Positions 1 through 10,377 are shown, numbered from the stretch's first letter. The stretch: DNA of 64,000 bases from Rhodothermales bacterium (GCA_040904565.1 JBBDTI010000054.1:51524-115523); one strand, 5' to 3'. The notes: a model not told the origin generated them from the sequence alone. Translations and numbers: made by a program.

Positions 1-735
1 CGCGAGTGGCGGCTCGAACCCGAGGCCGGCGTACAGTTCGAGGACGACGGCGGCATGACGTATGCCGGCGGCGTAGATGCCGAGTGGAACGTGCGGTCGC
101 GGCTTGGGCTCGGCGCCGAGGTTAACGTCGAGTGGGGCGACGGGACGCGAGAGTGGGCCGCCAACGAGGAATTCCGGCGCCAGGATGGCGGCTGGGCCAT
201 CCGCGAGTCGGGTGGCGTCGATCCGAGGTTCGTTCCGTTCGACGACGGCGGCCGGCTCGATGAGATTCTTGCAGGCGTGCTGACGACGGACGGCACCGAC
301 CGGTACCGCGTCCCTGTCTTCGGCGCTCGCGACACCCGTACGTTCGACCTCACGCTCCGCACGAACTACACGTTCACGCCGGACCTGGCCCTCCAGTTCT
401 ACAGCCAGTTTTTCGTCGCGCGGGCGCGGTATGACGATTTCCGTATTCTTACCGACCCGGATACCTATGCTCGGTTCGACGCCTTCCCCAAACGTTACGA
501 GCTCGCGCGAAGCAGCTTTCAGTTCAATGCCGTGCTCCGATGGGAGTACCGGCCGGGATCGGAGCTGTTCGCCGTGTGGACGCAGAGCCGCCGTGCCGAC
601 GACGCCCTGAACCCGCTCGGCCCGTGGGATGCTTCGCCTTACGATCGCCCCTATTCCGAGCAGATCTCCGATACGTTCGGCATCTTTCCGGGTAACGTGT
701 TCATGCTCAAGATCAATTACGCGTTCCTGTATTGA
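1..735 (+). CDS. C-terminal part of a DUF5916-like outer-membrane beta-barrel protein (5' end outside window)
   Basis: Frame is open from the window start. Amphipathic beta-strand pattern, 'NAVLRWEYRPGSELFAVWTQ' and terminal 'VFMLKINYAFLY' resemble DUF5916 C-termini. Confidence 0.7.
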   Translation, partial: REWRLEPEAGVQFEDDGGMTYAGGVDAEWNVRSRLGLGAEVNVEWGDGTREWAANEEFRRQDGGWAIRESGGVDPRFVPFDDGGRLDEILAGVLTTDGTDRYRVPVFGARDTRTFDLTLRTNYTFTPDLALQFYSQFFVARARYDDFRILTDPDTYARFDAFPKRYELARSSFQFNAVLRWEYRPGSELFAVWTQSRRADDALNPLGPWDASPYDRPYSEQISDTFGIFPGNVFMLKINYAFLY

Positions 736-771
736 GGTGAACTACAAGGTTCCAATCTCATTCCAACGACC

Positions 772-1302
772 ATGCAGATAAGACAGCTACTCGCAGCCAT
801 GATGATTCCCGTATTCATGATGACATCCAACGCAGCCGGACAGGACGTCGAGGCACGGCTCGCCGAGCTCGGGATCGAACTCACCGCGCCCACGGCGCCC
901 GTCGCCAACTACGTAAACGCCGTCCGTACCGGCAATCTGCTGTTCCTTTCCGGCAAGGGACCTACCCATCCCGACGGCAGTCAGATTCAGGGCAAGCTCG
1001 GCAGCGACCTGACCGTCGAAGAAGGCTATGAGGCCGCGCGCCTTACCGGCATCAATCTACTGGCGGTGCTCAAAGACGAGCTCGGTGACCTGAATCGCGT
1101 CAACCGGATCGTCAAGGTGATGGGTATGGTCAATTCGGCGCCCGATTTCACGCAGCAGCCGGCCGTCGTCAACGGCTGCTCCGATCTGATGGTGGAGGTC
1201 TTCGGCGAGAAGGGACGCCACGCAAGGGCCGCCGTCGGGATGGGGGCGCTTCCGGGAAATATCGCCGTGGAGGTGGACCTGGTCGTGGAGGTGGCGGACT
1301 AG
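772..1302 (+). CDS. Rid (YjgF/YER057c/UK114) family protein with predicted signal peptide
   Basis: 'PVANYVNAVRTGNLLFLSGKGP', 'VNGCSDLMVEVFGEKGRHARAAVG..LPGNIAVEVD'; hydrophobic N-terminus. Confidence 0.9.
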   Translation: MQIRQLLAAMMIPVFMMTSNAAGQDVEARLAELGIELTAPTAPVANYVNAVRTGNLLFLSGKGPTHPDGSQIQGKLGSDLTVEEGYEAARLTGINLLAVLKDELGDLNRVNRIVKVMGMVNSAPDFTQQPAVVNGCSDLMVEVFGEKGRHARAAVGMGALPGNIAVEVDLVVEVAD

Positions 1303-1401
1303 AGGCATCGATGCCCCGGCCGGCCACGCGAACGGCGAACTGATACCAGGCTCCCCGGTGATTCTCCCGAATTAGCGCGTCCGGCAGATACTAGGTTGTG
1401 A

Positions 1402-1441
1402 CCTGAACGAATAACTCAGTCGACTGAGTTATTCGTTCAGG
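1402..1441. repeat. Perfect 40-bp palindrome between convergent genes (possible bidirectional terminator or REP-like element)
   Basis: cctgaacgaataactcagtc|gactgagttattcgttcagg is its own reverse complement with no spacer. Confidence 0.9.
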
Positions 1442-1546
1442 AACTCGTACAGGAACGTGTAGAGTGCCGTCAAGCCGACGTTGGTGCCCCGGATCTGTTG
1501 ACGTTCAGCCAAAGCCAGTAATTCACGTCAGCTGCGGCCCGGACGA

Positions 1547-2764
1547 CTACGCCGACGTGGCCGCGGCGTCCACATCCTCCCGAAAAAAGAAACCGAAGAG
1601 CGCCGTCACGAACGCGGCAAAGCCGAGCGGCATCAGCCAGAAGAGCTGCCATTCCTGGAGCGCCTCGCCGGTTACGACGCGGTTGAAGACGCCCCCGGCG
1701 ATGAGTGTACCCATGCCCTGTCCGATTCCGTACGTGACCAGCACGAACAGGCCCTGCGCCTGGGCGCGAATGGTTGGATCCGCCTTCTTGTCGATATAGA
1801 TCTGTCCGGCGATGTAGACGAAGCCGTAGCAGATGCCGTGCAGCGCGATCCCGATGAGGATGAACAGGGTCGGTGCTCCCATCGCGCCGGTCAGGAACAG
1901 ACCGTACCGCACGACCCAGGCCGTCATGCCGATGAGGAGGACGCGCTTGACGCCGAACTTCGTGAAGAACCACGGCATCAGGAGCAGGAAGACGATCTCG
2001 GACATCTGTCCGAACGTCATCTTGAAGGCGGGATCCGCGATGTCCGCAGCGTTCAAGAACACGGGCACGTAGGCGTAGTATGTGGCCAGGGGAATGCTCG
2101 TCAGCACCAGGCTGACGATGAAGATCGCGAACGATTTCGACCCGAGCTGCTTCAGCGCATCGATGCCGATGATTTCCCGAAACGTCGTGCGCCGGCTTGC
2201 CGCGGGTGGCGGGACGTTGGGCAGCGTGAAGCAGTAGCCGGCCATGAGGATGCCGCCCACACCGGCGATCTGCATGGGGAGGGCGGTCTCGTCGGCGTGC
2301 AGGACGTAACTCACGAGCACGCCCGCGCCGATCCACCCGATACTCCCGAACGCGCGGATCAGCGGAAACTGCTGTTCGCGATCCTCCAGGTTATGAAACG
2401 CCGTGGCCATGGCGAGTCCGACCGTGGGCATGTAGCACACCATATGCAGCAGCAGCAGTACCAGGAAAAGCGGTGTGGAGACGAAGTCGCCCTCCGCGAC
2501 GAACGGGGCGGAGAAGACGAACGTACCGCTCAACAGGTGCATCACGCCCATCACCTTCTGGACCGGGAAATAGCGATCGGCGATCATGCCCAGAAAGAAG
2601 GGGGAGACGAGCGATCCGATCGGGCTGGCCATATACGCCCAGTAAATGGCGTCGGTCATGCCCACGGCGGACATATAGTTGCCGGCCGTGGCATACCAGG
2701 CGCCCCAGACGAAGAACTGGAGGAACATCATGAGGCGCAGGCGCGCCGTCAGCCATCCGCTCAT
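1547..2764 (-). CDS. MFS transporter, nucleoside:H+ symporter (NupG/XapB-like) family
   Basis: 'RLMMFLQFFVWGAWY', 'FPLIRAFGSIGWI', 'GQMSEIVFLLLMP', 'LHGICYGF'; about 12 hydrophobic segments. Confidence 0.9.
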   Translation of the reverse strand: MSGWLTARLRLMMFLQFFVWGAWYATAGNYMSAVGMTDAIYWAYMASPIGSLVSPFFLGMIADRYFPVQKVMGVMHLLSGTFVFSAPFVAEGDFVSTPLFLVLLLLHMVCYMPTVGLAMATAFHNLEDREQQFPLIRAFGSIGWIGAGVLVSYVLHADETALPMQIAGVGGILMAGYCFTLPNVPPPAASRRTTFREIIGIDALKQLGSKSFAIFIVSLVLTSIPLATYYAYVPVFLNAADIADPAFKMTFGQMSEIVFLLLMPWFFTKFGVKRVLLIGMTAWVVRYGLFLTGAMGAPTLFILIGIALHGICYGFVYIAGQIYIDKKADPTIRAQAQGLFVLVTYGIGQGMGTLIAGGVFNRVVTGEALQEWQLFWLMPLGFAAFVTALFGFFFREDVDAAATSA

Positions 2765-2813
2765 ACTTCGCGTGCCCTGAACCGAACTGTAAAACGGGGG
2801 AGGTCGGTCGCGA

Positions 2814-3767
2814 TCATGCGTGCACGTCCGCCGTACGCTGCACCGTCTCTTTGATGTACGCGAGCGAAAGACGCGTCGCCTCTTCGATGCCGTCCATGCC
2901 TGCGAGCTGATGACTGCGAAGGCAGGGAAGGCAGTATTCGGCGACGAGATAGCCGTCGTAGCCGAACTCCCAGAGCGCTTCGATGAAGGCTTCGTAGTTC
3001 ACGCGCACCGCGATGTTCGGGGCGACATCCTGCACGGGCTCCCCGTCCTCGTCCGCGCTGAAATTCCACGAGCCGAAATGGGTCAGGAGGATGTCGTCGC
3101 CGCACGCTTCGACGGCCTCTCGCATGTAGTCGTTGGACTGCCGCCCGTCGAACAGGGGGGCGTCGATGCAGAGGCGGACGTTGTCCCGGTCGATCTCGTT
3201 CATCATCGCCAGGGCGTCCTCGTAGCCTGGACGCAGGACGGGCGCATGGTTCTGCAGGGCGAGCGTGATGCCCAGATCCTCCGCCCACTCCGACACCTCG
3301 CGGATGCCCTCGATGGCCCGGTGCCAGCGCCGAAGATCCGGCCCGTACTGCTGTTTGTAGTAGTCGCCGCGTTCGTACGGCGCGTAGAAGGACGTGTCTT
3401 CCTCGTCGTTCACGATGCCCGGCCAGGCGGCAAAAATCTTTACGAGATCCACGTCGAGGTCGTGGGCGAGGTCGAGCACCTCGCCCATCATGGCCAGATT
3501 GTTTTCGCGGTCTTCCATCGTGCGCCCCGCGAAGTTGGACATGCTCTCGATGGCACACAGCTCGATGCCTTCGCCGTCGGCGGCGGCCCTGATGTTGTCC
3601 CGGTCCGATGCCGAAAGATCGATCGGCGAGGCGACGGGCCGCTTGGTTTCGATCGCGAGTCCGTCGAAGCCCAGCTCGCGGGCTTTTCGGATCTGTCGTT
3701 CGAGAGAGAGCGGCTCACCGTCGTACCAGAGTCCCGAGTACGATACCGAGAGGAGGCCGAATTTCAT
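2814..3767 (-). CDS. Sugar phosphate isomerase/epimerase (xylose-isomerase-like TIM barrel)
   Basis: 'ARELGFDGLAI', 'GITLALQNH', 'GYDGYLVAEYC'; start moved to ATG 3767 (MKFGLLS). Confidence 0.85.
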   Translation of the reverse strand: MKFGLLSVSYSGLWYDGEPLSLERQIRKARELGFDGLAIETKRPVASPIDLSASDRDNIRAAADGEGIELCAIESMSNFAGRTMEDRENNLAMMGEVLDLAHDLDVDLVKIFAAWPGIVNDEEDTSFYAPYERGDYYKQQYGPDLRRWHRAIEGIREVSEWAEDLGITLALQNHAPVLRPGYEDALAMMNEIDRDNVRLCIDAPLFDGRQSNDYMREAVEACGDDILLTHFGSWNFSADEDGEPVQDVAPNIAVRVNYEAFIEALWEFGYDGYLVAEYCLPCLRSHQLAGMDGIEEATRLSLAYIKETVQRTADVHA

Positions 3768-3911
3768 GTCCTGTACCTGGAGTTCCAGAAGTCGGTTCAA
3801 ACGAGGGTGGCCGCATGCCCCATCAGTATCCAGAATGCGGGCGTAAATCACAACCTGAGGGCGCGCCCCTCTGACGGCGGCCGGCAAGAAGGATGGGCGC
3901 GCGCGCCTGGT

Positions 3912-4605
3912 TCAGCGAATGTCCGTCCGCTCGCCCATCTCGACGACGTGATATCGATTCTGCAGCGCCTGCGACAGCATCGTCTTCACCTCAAATGGGT
4001 ATCCCTTCGCCCAGAAGCGGTTGGCCTCGTCGTACGCCATCGTGCCGCGATGTGCCGTCGAGCGTGATGAGATAGCCGCAGTCCAGGAGATTCGCTTCGA
4101 TGTAAACGGCAGACAGTTGATCGCCGTGGATGGCGCGTATCGCGTCGACCTGAACCCGACGCACGCTGAACGACGTACGCGGCTCGGCGATCACGAGGCG
4201 TTCCGTCGGGATGCCGAGCTCTTCGGCGATGTCAACCGTGCTGGCCGGGATGACGAAGATGCAGTCGGAATGCTCGAGCAGAATGCGCACCGTCCGCCTC
4301 CCGAAATGGTCGCCGTGTCCGTGTGTGATAAAGGCGACGTCCAGCTCGGGCGCCAGCTCCATCGCTGAAATCGGTGAAGGCTCCAGCCTACCCGGATATT
4401 CGAGAACGAGGTCGGTGCCTACGAGCAGATCTCCCGACTTGATCAACCAGCCGTTGTGTCCGGTCCACCACACGGCGGCATCACCCTCGTGGGTGCGGAT
4501 CTCGTCAATGAGGCGCGGCGCATCCTGGGCGCGGAGCGATGCCGGAATCAGGAGCGCGACGGCCAGCAGTCCGACCGTTGCGAGCCGCCGCGTCATTCGC
4601 TCCAC
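3912..4605 (-). pseudogene. MBL-fold metallo-hydrolase (UlaG-like), frameshifted, probably with an internal deletion
   Basis: Signal peptide and 'THGHGDH' motif. After 'GYLITLDG' the plausible C-terminus (HRGTMAYDEANRFWAKGYPFEVK...DIR*) continues in another frame to a stop at 3912. Confidence 0.65.
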
Positions 4606-5585
4606 GATTTCACCCCCAGCAGGCGCTCGCCCAGCTCGTTCAGCTGCGCGCGGTCGTACCGGTTTTTCTCAAGATTGCGGGGGTCGCCCGGGAAGGCGAC
4701 GCCCTTCGGATGCTCGCGATCGCGCCACAACCGGATGCGCTTCTGCCGCTGCTCTTCGTTGCCCTCGTCGGCCGGATACATGGACACGTACTGGGCGATG
4801 CGAGCGCGATCCTGGGAGCGATTCGGTTTTACGCCGTGCGCAAGTAAGGAATTCCAGATGATGAGGTCACCCGCCTCGAGCGGGATGAACTCTACGTCGA
4901 AATCGGATACGTCCGGATAGTAGGGATCGCGATCTTCCGGCTGCTGCGCCAGCCAGTCGTCGAACGTTCGAAAGAGCTCCGGCACGCACTGGAATCCGCC
5001 GACCTCGGGATCCGTATCCACCAGAGAAAGGACCCCCTGCACGTTGATCGGCAGCGGGTCTTTAGACGTATCCACGTCCCAGTGAATAAAGCCCTCAAAC
5101 TGGCGCTCGCCGCGATTGGGCGTGTTGAGATTGGCCCGGTCGATGGTTACCCACAGGTCCTCGCGGTCCCAGATGTCGACGTAGGCGTCGTAGATACGCT
5201 TCGTCTGCCGGGTATCCCACAGCAGCTGGTGGTTGTAGACCTCCACCATGCCGGCGTTATTTAGTTCTTCCATGCCGTGACGGCGCCGGTCTCCGATCCA
5301 CGTCGACGGATCGTCCGGGTCCATCTCCTGGAACTCCCACAGGAAAGCGATGAGCCGGTCCCTGTGATCTTTCGGAATGGCATCTGGCACGACGACGTAT
5401 CCCAACGTCTGCCAGTGCTCCCAATCGGCCTCGGAGAGCACGCGCAGCGGAAGCGACTTGTCGATCTCCCGAAGCGGCACGTCGAGCGTCAGTGATGCAT
5501 TGCCTTCGTGACTTGGACCCTTCTCCACTTCCGCCATGGCTCGTTCCGAATGATTGTCCGACAGGTACTCATCAAACCTTTTCAC
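4593..5585 (-). CDS. Phytanoyl-CoA dioxygenase (PhyH) family Fe(II)/2OG oxygenase
   Basis: HxD ('IHWDVD') and distal His ('GDLIIWNSLLAHG'), followed by 'RIAQY'. Confidence 0.9.
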   Translation of the reverse strand: MKRFDEYLSDNHSERAMAEVEKGPSHEGNASLTLDVPLREIDKSLPLRVLSEADWEHWQTLGYVVVPDAIPKDHRDRLIAFLWEFQEMDPDDPSTWIGDRRRHGMEELNNAGMVEVYNHQLLWDTRQTKRIYDAYVDIWDREDLWVTIDRANLNTPNRGERQFEGFIHWDVDTSKDPLPINVQGVLSLVDTDPEVGGFQCVPELFRTFDDWLAQQPEDRDPYYPDVSDFDVEFIPLEAGDLIIWNSLLAHGVKPNRSQDRARIAQYVSMYPADEGNEEQRQKRIRLWRDREHPKGVAFPGDPRNLEKNRYDRAQLNELGERLLGVKSWSE

Positions 5586-5693
5586 TGCGTAATATAGAAC
5601 ATCCGAGCGAGATGTTCGGCTCGCCCTCCCGCGAGTCCGTCGATCCGTATTTCGACTCGAACCTATACGCTGTTTTCATTTTTCAGGCATGAC

Positions 5694-6539
5694 ATGTTCT
5701 TAAAGCGCAGGAACCTCAATCGGCGTGTTTTTTTAGGCGGCGTGTTAGGTTGCGTAACCGCCTGGCTCTTTTTCGCAGGCGACGTCCGCGCGCAGGCTGA
5801 CGGCGCATTCGAATGGCCGGCGGACAACGTGATGGCTCTCAGCCTGAGTTTTGACGATGCGCGTACGAGCCAGGTGGATGTCGGGCTCGATCTGTTCGAT
5901 CGGACGGGTGGTCTGGTCACTTTCTTCGTGGTTCCGGGGGCCGTCGAGCAGCGCCTGGACGGCTGGCGGCGCATGCGAGCGGCGGGCCACGAGATCGGGA
6001 ATCACACGCTCACTCATCCGTGTACGGGCAATTTTTCGTGGGCGCGCGACAAGGCGCTGGAATCGTACACGCGCCAGGCGATGCGTCATGAGCTCACGGC
6101 CGCTAACCGCCGTATAGAAGAATTGCTGGGCGTGACGCCGGCGGTGTTTGCCTATCCGTGCGGCCAAACGTTCGTCGGGCGCGGGGTCGAAACGCTGAGT
6201 TACGTGCCGCTCGTCGCAGAGCTATTCCTGGCCGGACGTGGGTGGTTGGACGAAGCGCCGAACGATCCTACCTTCGTCGATCTCGCCCAGGTGCTCGCCA
6301 TCGAGATGGACGGGAAGACCTTCGAGGAGCTGCTGCCCGTTCTCGAACAGGCTGCGGCCGACGGGAAATGGGTGGTCCTGGCGGGCCATGAGATTGGAGA
6401 CGGCGGAGCACAGACCACACGTGTTGACACGCTCGAACGGCTCATCCGCTATGTGAATGAGCCGTCCAATCACGTCTGGCTGGCCCCCGTCGGTACCGTG
6501 AGCCGGTATGTCGTCGAACAGCGAAGCTCCGGCCGCTAG
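5694..6539 (+). CDS. Polysaccharide deacetylase (CE4/NodB-like), exported
   Basis: 'SLSFDD', 'GHEIGNHTLTHPC', 'FAYPCG', 'LAGHE'; RR-containing N-terminal signal. Confidence 0.9.
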   Translation: MFLKRRNLNRRVFLGGVLGCVTAWLFFAGDVRAQADGAFEWPADNVMALSLSFDDARTSQVDVGLDLFDRTGGLVTFFVVPGAVEQRLDGWRRMRAAGHEIGNHTLTHPCTGNFSWARDKALESYTRQAMRHELTAANRRIEELLGVTPAVFAYPCGQTFVGRGVETLSYVPLVAELFLAGRGWLDEAPNDPTFVDLAQVLAIEMDGKTFEELLPVLEQAAADGKWVVLAGHEIGDGGAQTTRVDTLERLIRYVNEPSNHVWLAPVGTVSRYVVEQRSSGR

Positions 6540-6545
6540 GATGCG

Positions 6546-9119
6546 CTACTCACCGCCCTCTTCACCTTCTTCCGCCTCGACGGCCTGATTGATGCCCTCG
6601 AGAATGACGGCCTGCTTTTCGGCGTTCTCCACGCTGCCGAGGTAGGTGGACAGCGTGGCGAGCGCGTCTTCCGTTCCGATCGCAGCGATGCGGCTGACGG
6701 TGAAGGAGAGGATGCGTGGGAGCTGGGCGGCGAGAGCCACGTCCATCGCCCTGTTCAGGTCGGTCGGGACGACCGGTTCCATGGCATACCAGGTCATGAG
6801 GGGAAGATTGCGATCGCCCGCATCTTCCGCCCGCCGGGTAAGCCCCTCGAGCACGTCCCATCTATTTTCCGGTTCCGTTCGCTGCAGTGCGCTGGCGAGG
6901 TAGAGACGCACGAGCGACGAGGGATCGTCCACCGCCATCTGCTCGAAGCGGGCCAGGGCGGACTGCGGCACGTCCCGGTCTTCGGCGAGCAGCTGAATGG
7001 CCCAGCTGCGGAGATGCTCGCTCTCGTGATCGAGCAGTTCGACGAGATCCTGATCCTCGAGTCCGTCCGTCACGTGCAGCGTCCAGAGCGCGCGCAGCTT
7101 GCGCGTGACGTCCGGGTTGTCGTTCAGCATGGCCCACAGCGCATCGTGCACCCCGGCGTCCGCTCCGCGCTCCTGCAGGAGGAGCCGCGAGCGCCGTACG
7201 TACCATTCGTTCTGATGCAGCTGCAGCTCGGCGAGCTCCGCCGACGAGCGTTCCGCCAGATTCACGTCCACCCATTCGTCATTTTCATGCGTGATTTTAA
7301 AGATCCTCCCCGTCGAGTGGTCGTGGCTCTCCGGGTTGCCGTGGTGGCACTGGTTGACGTCGTACCAGTCGATCGTGTAGACCGAGCCATCCGGACCGTA
7401 CTGCAGGTCGAGCATCTGCGAGTAGCTGTCGTTGGCCAGCAGGAAGTCGGGGCCGTGGCGGCCGACGTATCCCGATCCGTCGCGCTCCAGGATGTCCGTG
7501 TTGGCCCGGAAGCCGTGCACGTTGTTCATGAAAAGCCGGCCGTGAAATTCGTCGGGCCAGGAGTCACCGAAATAGAACATCGCTCCGGCATGGGCGTGTC
7601 CGCCGCCGGCCGCGCCGGAGCGGCGATTGCCCGCGTGCGGTCCGCGGTTTCCCACCCAGTGGACGTGGTCGCCGGTGTGATCGAGGTCGTCGTATACGTA
7701 GGGATTAAAGTGTTCCCCGGCCTGACGCATGATACGCGCTCCCTGGATCGCATGATGTAGATGAGGGATGACGCAGGCGGTCATGAAGCCGTGCCCGTAT
7801 TCGTTCCAGTCGATGCCCCAGGGGTTGCTCGTACCGTAGGTGAACACCTCGAACTCGTGGCTGGTGGGGTGGAAGCGCCAGGTTCCGGCATTGAGCTTTA
7901 CGCGCTCCTCTTCCGGCGTGCCCGGGGCGCCCACATTGGAATGGGTAAAGACGCCGTGCGTGCCGTAGAGCCATCCGTCCGGTCCCCATGAGAAGGAATT
8001 CAACGTTTCGTGCGTGTCGTGATACCCCCATCCGTCGAGGAGGATTTCCGGCTCACCCGCCGGCCGGTCGCCCGATGCGTCGATCGGAATGTACATGAGG
8101 TAGGGGGCGGCACCGACCCAGACGCCTCCCAGGCCAACCTCGAGGCCGCTTATGAGGTTAAGCCCTTCCGTGAACACCTTTCGGCTGTCCAGCGAACCGT
8201 CGCCGTCGGTATCTTCGAAGATGAGGATGCGGTCGCGGCCTTCGCCTTCTTCCGCGCGCACGGGGTAGGTATGGGCTTCGGCGATCCAGACGCGGCCTCG
8301 CTCATCCAGCGCCATCGCGATGGGATTGATCACGTCCGGCTCGGCGGCCGCGAGCTGGGCGCTAAATCCGTCGGGAAGATCCATGGCCGCGGCGGCCTGT
8401 TCGCCGGTTAGTCCGGCGTGGACGACCTCATCCCACGCCGGGAGTGCAGAGACCTCCGAAGACTGAATTTCGTTCGGGAAGGACGGCCGTTCCGCGTGGA
8501 AGCGGAAGTGATCGAAGCTGATGTGGGCGAATGGGTTTTCTCGGATGTACATGGCCGTGGAAGCACCCGCATCCGCGTCGACGAGGCGGATGAAGATCCG
8601 GTCGCCGACGTGATCGCTCAGATCGGCCACGACGGGGCGAAGTTCAAACGAGTTCGTGCCGCTCATCGAAAAAACGACTTCAGCGCCGTCCGTCAGAACG
8701 AGTTCCGCCCGGGTACTTTCGAATGCCCCGCCGGCGAGCAGGAAGCTCGCATACGGTTCCGTGACCTCGAACGCTACCGACGTAAGCTCGCCCTGTCCGC
8801 TCGGGCCGTGCGCGAGGACGGAACTCACCCAGTAGTCGCCCTCGTGACCGCTCCGTGCGTCCTCTTCGCGCTCCGCGACGATCTCGGCCTCACGCGAGGC
8901 GTACACGTCGCCCTGAACGGGCTGGCCTTCGAAGGCATCGCCGTCGGCCGTCCAGTCGGCCAGCGTGCCGGCCTCGAAATCGAGGTTGAGTGTGCGTCCG
9001 GCGTCATCCGTAGGGGCTACACCTGCATCCTGGGCCGCGGCGGGGGCGGCCGCGAGCAGGATGCAGGTCAGAACGAAAAGAAATACCTGCGGGAGAGACG
9101 TGTGCGTTGACATGATCAT
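6546..9119 (-). CDS. PVC-type membrane-bound dehydrogenase domain protein (TIGR02604-like propeller + HEAT repeats), no CxxCH
   Basis: 'LPDGFSAQLAAAEPDVINPIAMALDERGRVW', 'DRILIFEDTDGDG', 'WGPDGWLYG', 'SNPWG', C-terminal helical repeats; signal peptide. Confidence 0.85.
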   Translation of the reverse strand: MIMSTHTSLPQVFLFVLTCILLAAAPAAAQDAGVAPTDDAGRTLNLDFEAGTLADWTADGDAFEGQPVQGDVYASREAEIVAEREEDARSGHEGDYWVSSVLAHGPSGQGELTSVAFEVTEPYASFLLAGGAFESTRAELVLTDGAEVVFSMSGTNSFELRPVVADLSDHVGDRIFIRLVDADAGASTAMYIRENPFAHISFDHFRFHAERPSFPNEIQSSEVSALPAWDEVVHAGLTGEQAAAAMDLPDGFSAQLAAAEPDVINPIAMALDERGRVWIAEAHTYPVRAEEGEGRDRILIFEDTDGDGSLDSRKVFTEGLNLISGLEVGLGGVWVGAAPYLMYIPIDASGDRPAGEPEILLDGWGYHDTHETLNSFSWGPDGWLYGTHGVFTHSNVGAPGTPEEERVKLNAGTWRFHPTSHEFEVFTYGTSNPWGIDWNEYGHGFMTACVIPHLHHAIQGARIMRQAGEHFNPYVYDDLDHTGDHVHWVGNRGPHAGNRRSGAAGGGHAHAGAMFYFGDSWPDEFHGRLFMNNVHGFRANTDILERDGSGYVGRHGPDFLLANDSYSQMLDLQYGPDGSVYTIDWYDVNQCHHGNPESHDHSTGRIFKITHENDEWVDVNLAERSSAELAELQLHQNEWYVRRSRLLLQERGADAGVHDALWAMLNDNPDVTRKLRALWTLHVTDGLEDQDLVELLDHESEHLRSWAIQLLAEDRDVPQSALARFEQMAVDDPSSLVRLYLASALQRTEPENRWDVLEGLTRRAEDAGDRNLPLMTWYAMEPVVPTDLNRAMDVALAAQLPRILSFTVSRIAAIGTEDALATLSTYLGSVENAEKQAVILEGINQAVEAEEGEEGGE

Positions 9120-9125
9120 TGCGAT

Positions 9126-10373
9126 TTAGTTTGCGTCTGAGAGCAATTGGGGTTGGGCATCCTCCCATTCCGAAGCGCTTACCATGCGCGTCTGGTGGTG
9201 GAAAACGAACGCCCCCTTCTTATTGACGACCAGGATGTCGGGCAGCCCGTCGTCATTGAAATGGCCGATCGTTACGTCGACGCCGACGCCGGAGTCGTCG
9301 TCGATCAGGTAGGGGATGAAGGACACGTCGCCGTCTTCAGAGCGGTCCAGCTTGAACCAGTAGAGGACGGCCGGCGCCTGTGATTCGGGGTCGCCGTGAT
9401 CGCCGTGCGCGTACCAGCGCTTTCCGGTCACGATATCCAGGAGTCCGTCTCCGTCGATGTCGGCGACTTTCAGGGCGTGCGGCTGCGTGAATCGCACGCC
9501 ATATGGACTGTCCTCGATCTCTTCACCCATGATGAGGTGTCGTTCGAACGTACCGTCCGGCAGCTGTTCGAACCAGGCCAGGCCGTATCCATGGGCCTCC
9601 AGGCTCGTGATGACGTCGTTCCGTCCATCTCCGTTCACGTCGTAGGCGTGCATGTGGGCACCGCCGGGTCCGAAGTCGACCTCGTGGTAGGTCCATAGGT
9701 CGTCCGAATCGAAGCCGGGATTCTCCCACCAGCCTTCGGCCAGGATCAGATCCGGCAGTCCGTCCCCGTCGACGTCGCCCGTGCCGAGGCCGTGCGTATA
9801 GCGGCCCCACTCGTGCTGCTCCGTCACGGGATGGAACGTCCATTCGTCGGTTGGACGATCGGGGTCGAAGGTCGTGTACCCCATGTATCCGTCGGCCAGG
9901 TGGACGATCTCGGGCCGCCCGTCACCCGTGAAATCCTCGATATGCACCGATTCGTCATCGATCGTAGGATAGGCCAGATGCCGCTCCCAGTGCCCGCCGT
10001 CATCCTGCGGATTCTCGTACCAGTACGCTGCCTCTCCGGGAAATCCGATCACGAGGATGTCGTTACGTCCGTCGCCGTTGAAATCGTAGACGTGCGCGAA
10101 AAACTTGTCGGAGTACTCCAGCACATCGAAGACGGTCGGTTCGATGAATTCGTGCCGCTCCTGGAAGTCGGGCCCCGCGTACCAGAACGGGCCGACCACC
10201 ACATCCGGCGTGCCGTCGCCGTCGACGTCGCCGATGGCCCCGCCTTCCGCATAGAAGACGTCGGAGAGCTGGGTGCGCTCGAATTCGTGCACGGTCCGGT
10301 CTTCCGGACCGAACAGCAGATACCCCGAGGCGACGAGGATGATGGCTGCGGCGGCTACGTAGATCTTTTTCAT
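9126..10373 (-). CDS. FG-GAP/VCBS repeat protein
   Basis: Repeated DxDGDGxxD motifs (DVDGDGTPD, DFNGDGRND, DFTGDGRPE, DVNGDGRND, DIDGDGLLD). Confidence 0.9.
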   Translation of the reverse strand: MKKIYVAAAAIILVASGYLLFGPEDRTVHEFERTQLSDVFYAEGGAIGDVDGDGTPDVVVGPFWYAGPDFQERHEFIEPTVFDVLEYSDKFFAHVYDFNGDGRNDILVIGFPGEAAYWYENPQDDGGHWERHLAYPTIDDESVHIEDFTGDGRPEIVHLADGYMGYTTFDPDRPTDEWTFHPVTEQHEWGRYTHGLGTGDVDGDGLPDLILAEGWWENPGFDSDDLWTYHEVDFGPGGAHMHAYDVNGDGRNDVITSLEAHGYGLAWFEQLPDGTFERHLIMGEEIEDSPYGVRFTQPHALKVADIDGDGLLDIVTGKRWYAHGDHGDPESQAPAVLYWFKLDRSEDGDVSFIPYLIDDDSGVGVDVTIGHFNDDGLPDILVVNKKGAFVFHHQTRMVSASEWEDAQPQLLSDAN

Positions 10374-10377
10374 GGCT

